A stretch of DNA of 63,846 nucleotides, filler included, from Reclinomonas americana ATCC 50394 (lineage: Eukaryota), in assembly GCA_048213135.1 (NCBI GenBank). It is 7 parts of 4 records of this genome, joined end to end, with 100 filler letters (N's around TTAATTAATTAA, not from the genome) between each part and the next. Parts side by side here need not be neighbours in the genome. Positions count along the whole stretch, not along the records: positions 34,667 to 56,239 come from PS015826.1; 6 more parts are not named here. One strand, given 5' to 3'. The first letter of the stretch is position 1, and every line of letters begins with the position of its first letter. This document shows, piece after piece, positions 39,463 through 51,584 of this stretch. The translations under genes and the position numbers were made by a program. The notes below the pieces were generated by a model. That model was given only the letters and a program-made list of their open reading frames with translations, did not search any database and was not told where the DNA came from.

Positions 39463-42073
39463 TCAAGTGCGCGGGAGAGCCACCCAGCGGTACTCGAAGG
39501 GCGCCAGTTCGGCTGTCAGCGCGGCGCTCTCGCGGATGGAGATTGGTGGGCTGGAGGTGGGGAGCAGATCGGCGAGGTGCACGCCGGCTTCCACGATCAG
39601 CGGGTGTTCGGCAGACACGGACGAGTGCAGCGAGGACAACTGGATCGACGACAGGAAAGATATGAGTGGTGCGGTCGCAGAGGGTGGTTGAAGAGGTAAT
39701 GTACCTCAATGGACACGGTTTGGGTGGCGTCGGTCAGGTTGGACAGCACCAGCACGGCGTCGTCGTCGGTGGAGCGGACGCACACCAGCACGGCTTCGTT
39801 GCTGCAGTAGTGTCGTGCGTCAGAAGAGGTTACACGCGAATGGGCAGAGACAGCACGCAACTCGGCGCTCGGCCACGCGCACTGCCCACGGGCGAACGCC
39901 TTGTGCTGCTTGCGCACGGTGATGAGCTTGCGTATGGCGTGCAGAATGCTGTCCGGATCCGCTTCGGCGGCTGCCACGGACACACTGCGTGCGCAACACA
40001 GAGGAGGGTGAGATGCCGTGTTCTGCGGCAGTGGTGTGGGACTGACTCACCGGCTTGCACCAAACTGCGGACTGGCCACCACCTGGCAGTACAGCTTGTC
40101 GGCGGGGGCGTCGGAAAAACCTGCATTTGCTTTTTCGCCGTCCCTGCGTTGCGCGGTGAGCGAGACAACAGCTGTGTGTGTGAGCGGACAGCAGGATCCC
40201 ACAGTACCATTGCATCGGTGTGCGCACACCATGACGGTCCTCCAGCCAGATGTTGTCGCCCATGCCGATTTCATCGCCGTAGTAGATGATCGGTGATCCG
40301 GGCAGAGAAAACAGCTGCCGATTCGGGTCACAACACGAGACGAAGAGAGCAGGATGGTGCAGCAGCCACGTACCAGTTCGTGAGCGAGCTTGATCTTGCG
40401 AGCATCGCCGTCGAGCTAAACGGTGAGAGAGTGCTGGTCAGTGCGCAGGGCGAAGGGGGAGGAGGAGGAGGACTGCACAATTCTCACCAGCGGCGCGAGG
40501 CGACGGCGAATGCCCTTGTGCAGCTTCATGCGCGGCTCCGGTGCGTACTGCTGCCACATCCACTCGCGCTCCTCGTCGGTGACCATGCCGGCCAGTGCCA
40601 GTTCATCCTACACGCCGTGTCAGCAGATCTTGACCACACACGCACACGCACGAAGAGAAACAAGAACGCAACATGATTGCGCAAAAACGTGCACAGCGAG
40701 CAGCCGGCGGGAAGCGGAGGAGTGCGCTTGACAATGGACACCAAGTCGTGGCCGACGCCCTTCTTCAGCGCCATGTAGAAGCGTGGCATGAGGGGGAAGT
40801 TGAAGCACATCTGGAACTCGTCGCTCTCGCCAAAGTACGGAATCAGTTCCTCGGGCCACATGTTGGCCTCCGAGAGCAGCAGGCGATCGCCGCCAAACTC
40901 CTCCTCCACCACGCGACGCATCTTCTTGATGAACGCATGCGTCTCCGGCAAGTTCTCGCACAGCGTGCCTTCGCGCTGGTACAGGTACTGCGGGAAACGG
41001 AGGTGAGGAAGGACAAGGGGGGAGAAAGGATGAGAGGATGAAGGACGTGGGGAGGAGGAGGGACAGAGGAGGTGAGCGAGAGAGAGTGCAGGAGAGGAAA
41101 CAATCACGCAACGGGAACGGCGTCGACACGGAAGCCGTCGACGCCCTTGCTGAGCCAGAAGCGCATCACGTCCAGCATCTCCTGGTGCACCTTGGGATTG
41201 TCGTAGCTGTGACATCGCAGAGTGAGGGACAGTCAGGGAGCACACGAAGGGGACGGAAAAGCGGGAGCGCACTTGAGATCCGGCTGCGTGTGGAAGAATC
41301 GATGCCAGTAGTACTGACCGCGCACTTCATCAAACGACTGCGAACAGCATGAGCACTCAAGCAACAACACACTCGCTAGCACCGCCTCCACCACACACGC
41401 ACCCAGTTGGTGGAGTACGTGTCGCAAAAGATCACAGGCACACCGGCGTAGCGATCGGGCGTGTCGGACCACACAAAGTAGTCGCCGTACGGGCCCGTGG
41501 GATCTGCACGCCAGCCAGTCAGTCTCGCTATGATGTGTCACACGCACACGACAGCCGTCGGTACTGACCGGTGCGCGAGGCCTGGAACCACGGATGCTGA
41601 TCGGAGCAGTGGTTCGGAATGAAATCCATGATCAGACGCATGCCGCGTGCATGCACTGTGGATGCATGCATGCACAGATGAGGAGAAGAGAAGAGAGGAG
41701 AGCTCCCAGTGCCTGCTGAGGCACACACACTCACCAGCCTCGACCAGAGCGATCAAGTCATCGACAGTGCCATACGCAGGCAACACCTGTGTGTAATCCG
41801 CCACATCGTAGCCGTCGTCGTACAATGGCGACGGGTACGTCGGCAGCAGCCAGATGACATCCACGCCCAGCGACTCAATGTGATCCAGCTTGGCCTCCAA
41901 GCCACGCTGCGTCCATGCATGCATGCATGTCATGCAAGAGGAAGGAGAGACATGCACCTGCGCGCGCGCACACGAACCAGATCGCCGTGCCCATCGCCGT
42001 TGGAGTCGTAGAACGCACGTACGTAGCACTCGTACAGCACAATGCCGCGAGTGTACCACGCAGGATCGCTCAT
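39463..42073 (-). CDS. treS: Trehalose synthase / maltose alpha-D-glucosyltransferase (GH13, TreS type) with 13 introns
   Basis: [113 protein letters not shown]. The catalytic D/E/D residues are intact. Confidence 0.95.
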
Positions 42074-42425
42074 TGGAGATTTTTGACAAGTGCGATGCGA
42101 CGGACGCCTTCCGGACACGCTCAGACAGCAGACCTCATTACAAAACACAAGGAGGCTGTTGATGAGGGAGCTGCTGAGTGGAGCTGATTGATACCTGCAG
42201 TTAACCAAGGGCGTTTGCGAGGATGTTATTTTTGAAATCCTTCTTCCACATCGCTAGCGTGCTGCGTTGATCGGTGTGCCTGACGCCTGGCGGCTGCTGG
42301 CAGACACGAAGGAGAGAGGCAAAGAGGAACCTGTGAGACATGCACTCACTGAACCGCAGCAGCGCACAGACAGACAGAACATCCGCCTTGAGGAGAAACA
42401 CGTGCGTTCATTGCCACAAGCACTC

Positions 42426-42668
42426 TCACTTTGCTAACCCCTGCTGGATGGACTGCGCGAAGCTTGTTTGCACCTTGGTCACCAGGAACATGGAGATTAA
42501 CGAGAGCACGACGGCAATAACAGCGCCCGACACTAGGCCGAAGAATCCAAAGCACACGGCCAGGAAGATGGCCCCGAGCAGGATGTTTTGCACAAGGCCC
42601 TCTGCCACCTGGAACCCCGGTGTGATCTGCGCCTGCGCGCTGCCAGCACTGCTGGTCCTCGCGCCCAT
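42426..42668 (-). CDS. Possible small two-helix membrane protein exon; ends uncertain
   Basis: Hydrophobic NILLGAIFLAVCFGFFGLVSGAVIAVVLSLISMFLV followed by a GTGAGA donor-like site. Confidence 0.4.
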   Translation of the reverse strand: MGARTSSAGSAQAQITPGFQVAEGLVQNILLGAIFLAVCFGFFGLVSGAVIAVVLSLISMFLVTKVQTSFAQSIQQGLAK

Positions 42669-42893
42669 TGCACAAAAAAGCCAAGACACGACAGCCAAGC
42701 CGAGAATTGTCCATCGGCATGTGACGCGACAGCGACGCGACGGTGATGAGCCTGGCCATGGACATACAAAACGCAGGTGTTTATTTACAAATGCCCATTC
42801 ATGGAACCCGAAAAAGAGACGCAGACAACCGGGAAACAATGAATACAAGTCACCGGGTCCGCATCTCCGACGCCTATAGCGTAGGCCTCTCAA

Positions 42894-45800
42894 TTACAAC
42901 GCAAACGCCATGGCCACAACAGCACCAATCGCGATCAACACACTCCACATAGACGAGTTCGCCGCGAAACCGGCACCACCGGTCGTCGACACACGCAGGT
43001 TGGCCGACGGAATCGACTGGCCAAACGAGTTGATGGCGCGCACATTCACCACGTACGGCGTGCCAGGCTGCAGGTTGGCCTGGACAAACGTGTAGTTGGC
43101 ACGCGCCGACGACAATGACGACAACGACGACGACGACACTGACGGCGTCGAGTCGGCAGCGTTCTTGTAGCCAACAAGCACATTGCCACCGTTCTCCGGG
43201 AACGTCTGAATCATGTACGTCGTAATCGGTGCCAGACCAGTGTATACAGGCGTTGAGAAGTTGATGCTCATCGATGTGTACGTGGTCGGCCCTTGAGTCG
43301 GAGCCGACGGCGCCGCAGGCTGAGCCGTCTGCGACAGCGAACCGTAAGTCGGCGTGCCAATGTTGTTGTCCACTGCGCCATGTGAGCCCTGCCCGAGGCC
43401 CACTGCATTGCCGCCAATCAGCACCATGCGGTAGCGCGACGACGGCTTGATGGTATGGAACAGCTGCACGCAAGTGCCTGCCACCGCCGGATTGGTGCCG
43501 CTGCCGAGCACAGCAGTGTTCAGGCCCAGGCCATCAGCCGCAGCCGGATTGCCAGTCGACGCCAGGAAGCGGGTCGTCCACTGCCAGTACACCAGGTAGT
43601 AGGTGGCGGCCGCAGTCGTGCCCGAGCCCACCGCAGTCCACGACACGCGGTACTCGTTGGCGGCGTAGAAGTCCAGCGACGGGGTGCCAGCAGCCGGCAC
43701 AATGCCAGTCGTGGTCACCGGCGACGCCTGGATGTAGATCGACAGCGAGTTGTTGCCCGTGCCAATCGAGTTGGTCGCGTTCAGGAAGAAGCGGTAGAAG
43801 TTGCCGTTCACCACCGTCACAGACGCCGTGGTGTCGGTGGCACCCAACGCCGCCGCCGGGTTCGACGCAGTCGTGCCCGACGCACCAGTCAGCGACTGGC
43901 CAGAGATGGCAGTCGACGCGCCAGTGGCAGTCGTCCACGAGAACGCAATCGCCGTGCCAGTGTTGCTGGTCACCGCAAAGTTGGTCTGGTCGTTCGGCAC
44001 CTGGCCCGTCAGCACGTTGTTGTTGAGGCCGTTGCCGAGGATGCCGTCGCCGAAGGTGGCCTGGGTGGTCGACGTGCCAATGCCGTTGATGCCGCGCACA
44101 TCGACAAAGTAGTTGGTGGCGTCGGTGAGGCCGCGGATCACAGCCTGCATCACCGAGGTGATGTTCTGCGTCAGCGTGCTGGCCGTAGCCGCGCGCCACG
44201 ACACCTGCCACTGGTTCACAAAGCCCTGGCCACCAGTCTCCTGCGGCTGTCCCCAGCTGAGCCAGATCGAGGTCGAACGCTTGAGCAGAAGGTTCGACGA
44301 CAGCGACGTGATGCCGCTCGGGCGCTGCGGCGACGTGGCCGTGGTGATGGTGATGACCGACGCAGACGAGGCAGTCTGGTAGCCGTTAAACGACGCCACG
44401 CCAATGCGGTACTTGGTGTTGGAGGTGAGGCCGTTCACCAGCAGCGACGAGGTGGTCGAGCCGAACGAGCCAGTGAACTGAGTCACAAAGTTGTCCGGCA
44501 CGAAGGCAGTCGAGGTGACGTTCGTCAGGTTCTGCACCAGCAGCTGCACACCGACAAAGTTCGCGAAGCCGTCCGAGGTGGTCAGCGAGTACTGCGTGCC
44601 GACCACAGTCGACGGAGTCGACAGCGTGAAGGTGACGTAGCCGGAGCCAGTCGTATCGGTGGTCAGAGCCGGCAGCGGGTACGGGCGCACAATCGAGTTG
44701 GCAATCTGCGACAGAGTGCCCGACTGAGCACCGTTCTGCGTCGAGGTCACGCCAGAGTCCGAGCGGGTGTTGGTGGCCTGCACGGCGTAGGTGTACGACT
44801 TGCCCGGAATGGTCGGGAACGAGAAGTTGGTGGTCAGCGTCGTCCACGTGTACGTGCGGGTGCAGTTGTTGGTGTTCTGCGTCACAATGTAGCCGTTGAT
44901 CGACGTGCCGCCAATGCCAATCGGCGACGCCCACGAGATGCTGGTGAGAGTGTCGTGATAATAGTTGCCAGCAAAGCCCACACCACCAGCCAAGCCGCCT
45001 TGTGAGTTCGCCACACCAGCAGTTAGTGTTGGTGCCGCCGGGGTAATCGGTGCGTCATCTGTGGTAGAAAGAAGGGACGCGGTGGTGGATTAGATACTGA
45101 TATTCAAAACAAGCAGATGGTTCCCTGTCTATCTCCCCCTATCCCCTCTCCTCTCCTCTTTCTTTCCCCTTTCCTTTCCCCCTTTCACGCAACTGGTGTT
45201 GTGAGTGGTCTGAGTCAGCGGGCCAGCAGCCGTGGCCGAGTTGGTCGAGCCGGCAGTGGCGTACACCTGGTACGTGTACGACGTGTTGGCAGTCAGCGTC
45301 GTGTCGGCAGTGTAAGCGGCGGTCAGCGCCCAGCCAGCCGGCAGGGTCACCGTGCCCACAGACACCGGGGTCGCGCTGCCCTGGCCGCGGAAGATCGTGA
45401 ACACCGTCACCGCGTCCGAGCCAAAGTTCTGCGGAATCGTCCACTGCAGGGAGATGTTGGTGAGGCCGTACTGCGTCACCGCCAGGTTGGTCGGCGGGTT
45501 CGGCACGACACCGGTGGCAGCCGGAGTGGTGAAGTTGATGGCAGTGCTGAACACGCACGTCACCGGGTTCGCGACCGTGCCAGCCGGGTTGAAGGGCGAG
45601 GTCGGGAAGGCAATCGAGAACTGGTTGCTGGCGCAGATCTGCAGGTTGACCGAGGTGCCAGCCGGCAGGCCAGTCACGTCAATGTAGTAGGTCGACAGGT
45701 TGTTGTTCCACGACGCCGCAGCGCCAGTGCCGTTGGTGGACGGGATGGAGCTGGTGTCAATGTTGACGGCAGAGCCGGCAGTGGCCGCAGTCACCGACGA

Positions 45801-47215
45801 GGCGCTGGTGGTCGAGTACACCACACGGTAGGCGCTCAAGTTCGGGGTCGGCGTCGACAGGTTGCCCTGAGTGGCGCTCGAGGTGGCGGTGTTGGAGCCG
45901 CCGACGCTGCTCGGGGTCGAGAAATTGAGGCGCACGCCAGTCGAGAACAGCCGCGAGTACGCCACACCAGTGGGCGCAGCCGGCACTGTACCGTTGTTGT
46001 CGGTGGTGGCTTGGATCGAGCTAGAAGCCGACGCGGTGGTGTTGCCGTTGACAGTAAACTTGGCCTTGACCGTGTACTGCGTGACAGCCACAAAGTTGTT
46101 GGCGGTGCCGCTCACAGTGAAGCCGGTGATCTGCTGGTAGAAGCCAGAGTTGTACGAGAACAGGCCGAAGAACGAGGTGGCGAGCGTGCCGTTGCCAGTC
46201 GCGCCGGTGGTGATGGTAGGCTGGTCAGTGCTGGCGTTGGTCACCGTGTAGGCGGCCGTCGGCGCAGCGCCAGTGTCGCCAGTGCCAAAGGTGACCGGGT
46301 AGTTGAAGGCGACCACAAACGACGTCGAAGTGACCTGGTCCACGGAGCCAGTGTACGGAGCCACAGTGTAGCCAGTCGGCGTGGCCGGCGCACCGGACGC
46401 CAGAGTCACCGTCACGGCGGTCGAGAACGTCAGGTTGGCACCGTTGGCACCCGGAGTGCCGCTGCCGTTGTTGTAGGCGGCCGAGATGGCGCAGCTGGTG
46501 CCAGTTAGACCAGTGACCTTGACAAGCACGCGGTTGCGCGACAGACCAGAGCTGCCGGCCGGGATGCCGAAGTCGGTCAGGTCGGCAATGGTGGTGACCA
46601 CAGTCACCGCACCGGTGCCGCAGTCCGACTTGACGTACCACGACGGAGCGCCGCCGATCACGCCCACATTGGCCGCCACACCCTCCCACTCCACCCACGA
46701 CGACGTCGAGGTGATGTAGCGCACGTTGGACGACAGCGTCGGCGCCGCAGTCGACACCTTGGTGTTGTCAGAGCCGCTGGTGGTCAGAGTGCCGCTCCAA
46801 GCCGTGGCCGAGCGATTGACCTGCGATTCAGTCCACACGTTGATGGTGTAGCCCTGGCCAGTGGTGGCGTTGGCGGCCGCGAGCGTAGCCAGAGTCACAC
46901 CGCGCCACGCATTGGACGAGATGTTGGTCTTGGTGACAGTGGTGGGACCAGCGTCGCCGACCAAGAACGCGCGGTAGGCAGTGGTGCCGGTGGCGAGGTT
47001 GGTGGTCTGCAGCACGGTGATGGTGGTGTCAATGTCCTGGAAGGTGCTGGCAGTGGCACCGACGGCAGAGTTGGAGGAGAGACCGCCCTGGCCGACAAGG
47101 TCAGTCGGCAGCTGCAGCCAGATGGTGGCCTGGGTGCTGCCAATGTAGTAGATGGCGTTGGTGCCGGCGGTGGCGGCCAGAGGGCGGGCTGTTTGTCGGA
47201 GAAGAGACTGTGAGT

Positions 47216-47282
<67 letters not shown>

Positions 47283-47864
47283 GTGACGACGGTACGGTAC
47301 GGTACGGTAGGTAGGTAGGTACGGTACGTCGTACGTCGACGACGGTCGGCGGACGGACGGACGGACGGACGGTACGGTANNNNNNNNNNNNNNNNNNNNN
47401 NNNNNNNNNNNNNNNNNNNNNNNNNNNNNNNNNNNNNNNNNNNNNNNNNNNNNNNNNNNNNNNNNNNNNNNNNNNNNNNNNNNNNNNNNNNNNNNNNNNN
47501 NNNNNNNNNNNNNNNNNNNNNNNNNNNNNNNNNNNNNNNNNNNNNNNNNNNNNNNNNNNNNNNNNNNNNNNNNNNNNNNNNNNNNNNNNNNNNNNNNNNN
47601 NNNNNNNNNNNNNNNNNNNNNNNNNNNNNNNNNNNNNNNNNNNNNNNNNNNNNNNNNNNNNNNNNNNNNNNNNNNNNNNNNNNNNNNNNNNNNNNNNNNN
47701 NNNNNNNNNNNNNNNNNNNNNNNNNNNNNNNNNNNNNNNNNNNNNNNNNNNNNNNNNNNNNNNNNNNNNNNNNNNNNNNNNNNNNNNNNNNNNNNNNNNN
47801 NNNNNNNNNNNNNNNNNNNNNNNNNNNNNCTCGTCGTCGTCGTCGTACGTCGTACGTCGTAGTA

Positions 47865-47918
<54 letters not shown>

Positions 47919-50900
47919 AGAATGGTGCGCAACTGGTGGCGGTGTAGAAGTTGGTGCCACCTGCAGTCGGCGACGCGGCAGCGGAAGAGTTGGTGCCACC
48001 GTTGTTCGTGACGGAGAAGGCGACTTGCGGCCAGTACTGGCGGCCGGGGAGGAGGCCGGAGAGGGTGACCTGCCAGGCATCGAGATGACCAGTGGCGGGC
48101 TGGTTGCTGTTGGCCGTGATGGTGAGGCCCGAGGCGACAGCGACACCGCGCACGTTGGCAGTGCCAGTGGCAGTGAAGCCGTAGACGCTGGCAGCAGACG
48201 AGGCGTTGACATTGGCCTGTTTGGCAACGTACTGCGCACCGCCGGCGGTCATGTTGATGACAAACGTCAGCGAGGTGTCGGTGATGTCGATGACGGTTAT
48301 AGAGTTGGCGGCCGTCAGGATGCCGGCATTGTTGCCGGCGCCGGAGCCAGTGACCGCTGAACCACTGGTCATTGTCACAGTGCCCGTCCAGGGAATACCA
48401 GTAGTAAAGGTTAATGGGAGGACCAGGCCGATGTTGCTGTCGCCGATCGCGTAACCGAAGCCAGCACCACTCAGCACAACAGTCACAACGCCTGTTGCGC
48501 TCACTGTCAGGTCGCCCGAGGCAGCGTGGCCGGAGCCGCCATTGAGGCTTACACTGCTCACGAAGCTCGTGACGCCATATCCGGATCCGTTTGCGCCCGC
48601 TGGTATGTTAACGGATGCTGCAGCTCCTCCTGTAACGGTGGCAATTGTGACAATAGCCTGGTTCCCGATTGCCGGGGTCGGAAATGGGGTGTTGCCGTAG
48701 AGAATGGTGCACGGACCAGTAACGCGGACTGTGTCACCGGCGTGATAACCGGCACCAGCCTGTCCCGCGGTGATCCAAACAGTAGAGATGTAGCCAGCGG
48801 CGTCTACCACAACTTCAAGTTTCAGGTTTGTTCCAGTGCCGGTGGCGGCAGTAGTAGCGCACCAACTGTAGAACTTGCCGTAAAGAGTGCCTGTCGCGTT
48901 GTTCTGCCTCAAAATAACAATACCGCCTGCAGCCGCGTCGGACGTGTTGGCGTTGGCGGTGCAGCAGTACAGTGACACAGGAGTGCCGGAGTTGACCAGG
49001 GTGTAGTTAACGCCAAACGTGGTGTTCGCAGCAAGAGTAGTGCCACGGATGGCCACGATAAACTTGGAAGCGGACAGAGCTGTCGCCGTGGTGGTGCCGT
49101 CCAAAAAAGCAAAGTTAGCGGCAGCCACAGCCGCACCGTTGCTCGCGAAAGTGGCGCCGGCGACAAAGGAAATGGCGTTCATACCGCCGACAGCAGTGCC
49201 AGTGGCGGCAGTCGCCACCACGCCACGCTGAGTCGGCGAGCCGACATTCATCACCACAAAGTTGTTGCCGACGGTAACAAAGGCGGTAGCGTCGGTGACG
49301 GCAGTGCCAGAGCGGTTGAACCAGACGGCGTTGGTGGGAGCAGTCTTGGCAAGAGAAGTAATGAACGCGACTGCGCCGTTGGCTGTTCCACTGGAGGCGT
49401 TCTTCACCACAAGGTTCACAACGCCATCAGCAGTGGCATTGAACGTCATAGTGCCAGCGAGGTCGCTCGGGCCCATCGTCAGAGTGCCGACAGTGGCATT
49501 AGCAACGCCGTTGGCGCCGAAAGTGTACGGAGTCGCACCAAAGCCACCGTTGCCGATGACCGTGGCAGCAGTCGTGTTGGCCAGGCAGTTGATGGTGGTG
49601 CCACCAGTCACCGACCAGCAAGCCACCAGAGTCGGGGCAGCGATAGTCGGGTTGGCGGCGGCGCTGAGGGTGAGAGTCTGCTGCGAAGCAGTGTCGAGAG
49701 CGGCAGTGCCGTCGCCGTTGGCGTTCTGAGCGAGCACACGGACGCGGTACGTGGTGATCGCGGCACCGTTCTGAGTCGTCGGCAGCGCCGAGATGAGGAT
49801 GTGGCCGCCAGACACACGGCCAAAGGCTGTGTCAGTCACTGGCGTGCCAGTGGGCGTCGAGAAGGCATTGTAAAGCGCACCGCCGTTGCTCAATGCCGCA
49901 GTCTCCACATTCCAGCCAGAGATGACACCGCCAGTCACCTGAGGCGAAGTCCAGGAGATGAGGCCGCCATTCGAGGCAGGAGCCACGATGGTCGGCAAAC
50001 CGACCTTGCCCGGAGACTGCTTGCCGTCCTGGGTGGTCACCGTGGCGGTCTGCGAGCAGAGGAGAGGCAGGTGGGGTGAGCAAGCTGCTGCACACAGTGC
50101 ACACAAAATCACACAAAGACAAAAGACGCAACAGTGCTCCACAGTCCAAAGCCCCACTGGCCCACAGCGCGTACGCGCACCACGTAGCCAGTGCTCGGCT
50201 GCAGCAGGCCGGACGACGCGGTGGCACCAGTGCCCGACACCACGCACGACTGCTGCGAGAACGGCACGCTGTACGTGTTGGCGAACGGTGCGATCGCCGC
50301 ATTGGCGTTGTTGCCGTTGGTGGTCTCAGTGTAGAAGGTCACCGGCGTCCAGGCAGTCAGCGAGCTGCCCGTCGAGCTGCGGATCTGCACCTGGAAGAAC
50401 GGAGTCTGCAGCTGGTTGAAGTTGGCGACGTTGCCGGAGCCCGTGGCGCCAGTCTGGCCAAGCTTGATCGGCGGGTAGAACGACAGCACAAACGAGGTGG
50501 CCGACGTGTAACTGATGGCCAGGTTGGTCGGCTGGCGCGGAGTGCCAGCGAGCGGGACTGTGACAGTCTGCGACGACGTTCGCGCGCCCTCACCGTACGC
50601 GTTGACCACGTAGGCCTGTGGGTGGTGGGAAAGAGATGCGATGAGTGGGGGCATGGGAGGGGGGAAAGAGGGGAGAGACAAAGGACGCAACGGCGATGGT
50701 GTACTGCACGCCCTCCTGGATGTTCTGGTCAAAGTAGCGCAGAATCATGCCGTAGCAGCCGGCGCCGCCAGAGGAAGGGCCGCCGTTGGCCGCAATGGCG
50801 TTGACCGACGAGCACTGTTGGTGGAGGAGAGAGGAGAGGGTGAGAAGAGGAAAGGGAGAGGGAAGGAGGAGAGAATGCACACGCAACAGTGTACTTGGTG

Positions 50901-51027
50901 GTGCCACCCTCAGCGCCGGTCACATCGACACCGAAATCGGAGGGCGGCGTGTTGCCCTGGTTGACGGGGGTCGTCCAGTTGACCCAGATGGCCGACTGTG
51001 AGCCAGTTGGGGAGGAGGTGTCGAGGT
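42894..51027 (-). CDS. Very large fibronectin type III repeat surface glycoprotein with GPI-anchor-type C-terminus
   Basis: Many FN3 signatures (P.PPTNL..ISLQW..P, V.GL...T.Y...V.A.N..G). T/A/S/G/V/N-rich with very few charged residues. Ends ..GGAGFAANSSMWSVLIAIGAVVAMAFAL* with no cytosolic tail. Exon phases match across the 47380-47829 gap. Confidence 0.85.
47221..47279. repeat. (GA)n microsatellite in an intron; similar tracts flank gaps at 33925, 47870, 58100 and 58230, and (GGA)n at ~51105
   Basis: Direct observation. These tracts coincide with assembly breaks. Confidence 0.9.
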
Positions 51028-51584
51028 CTGCGTTCATAATGAGAGTGAGACAGTGTGGTACGATTACGAGCAACGAGGAACGAAGAAACACAGAAGATGA
51101 CGAGGGAGGAGGAGGAGGAGGAGGAGGAGGAGGAGGAGGAGAAGAAGAAGGAGGANNNNNNNNNNNNNNNNNNNNNNNNNNNNNNNNNNNNNNNNNNNNN
51201 NNNNNNNNNNNNNNNNNNNNNNNNNNNNNNNNNNNNNNNNNNNNNNNNNNNNNNNNNNNNNNNNNNNNNNNNNNNNNNNNNNNNNNNNNNNNNNNNNNNN
51301 NNNNNNNNNNNNNNNNNNNNNNNNNNNNNNNNNNNNNNNNNNNNNNNNNNNNNNNNNNNNNNNNNNNNNNNNNNNNNNNNNNNNNNNNNNNNNNNNNNNN
51401 NNNNNNNNNNNNNNNNNNNNNNNNNNNNNNNNNNNNNNNNNNNNNNNNNNNNNNNNNNNNNNNNNNNNNNNNNNNNNNNNNNNNNNNNNNNNNNNNNNNN
51501 NNNNNNNNNNNNNNNNNNNNNNNNNNNNNNNNNNNNNNNNNNNNNNNNNNNNNNNNNNNNNNNNNNTCTCCCACTACCACTCAC

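Noticed and set aside
40988..41112. Reading the GTTGCG introns as non-canonical G|TT..AGN introns
   Set aside because: Shifting both junctions would turn the invariant TreS AVPYL into AVPDL. The GT..AG reading preserves it.
43455..46508. Long + strand Arg/Val-rich ORFs (516 and 463 aa)
   Set aside because: Antisense shadows of the codon-biased FN3 exons.
47284..47870. GGTAC/GGAC/TCGTAC short repeats flanking a gap as a satellite or telomere-like array
   Set aside because: They occur only at contig ends directly after (GA)n tracts and look like pyrosequencing flow noise.
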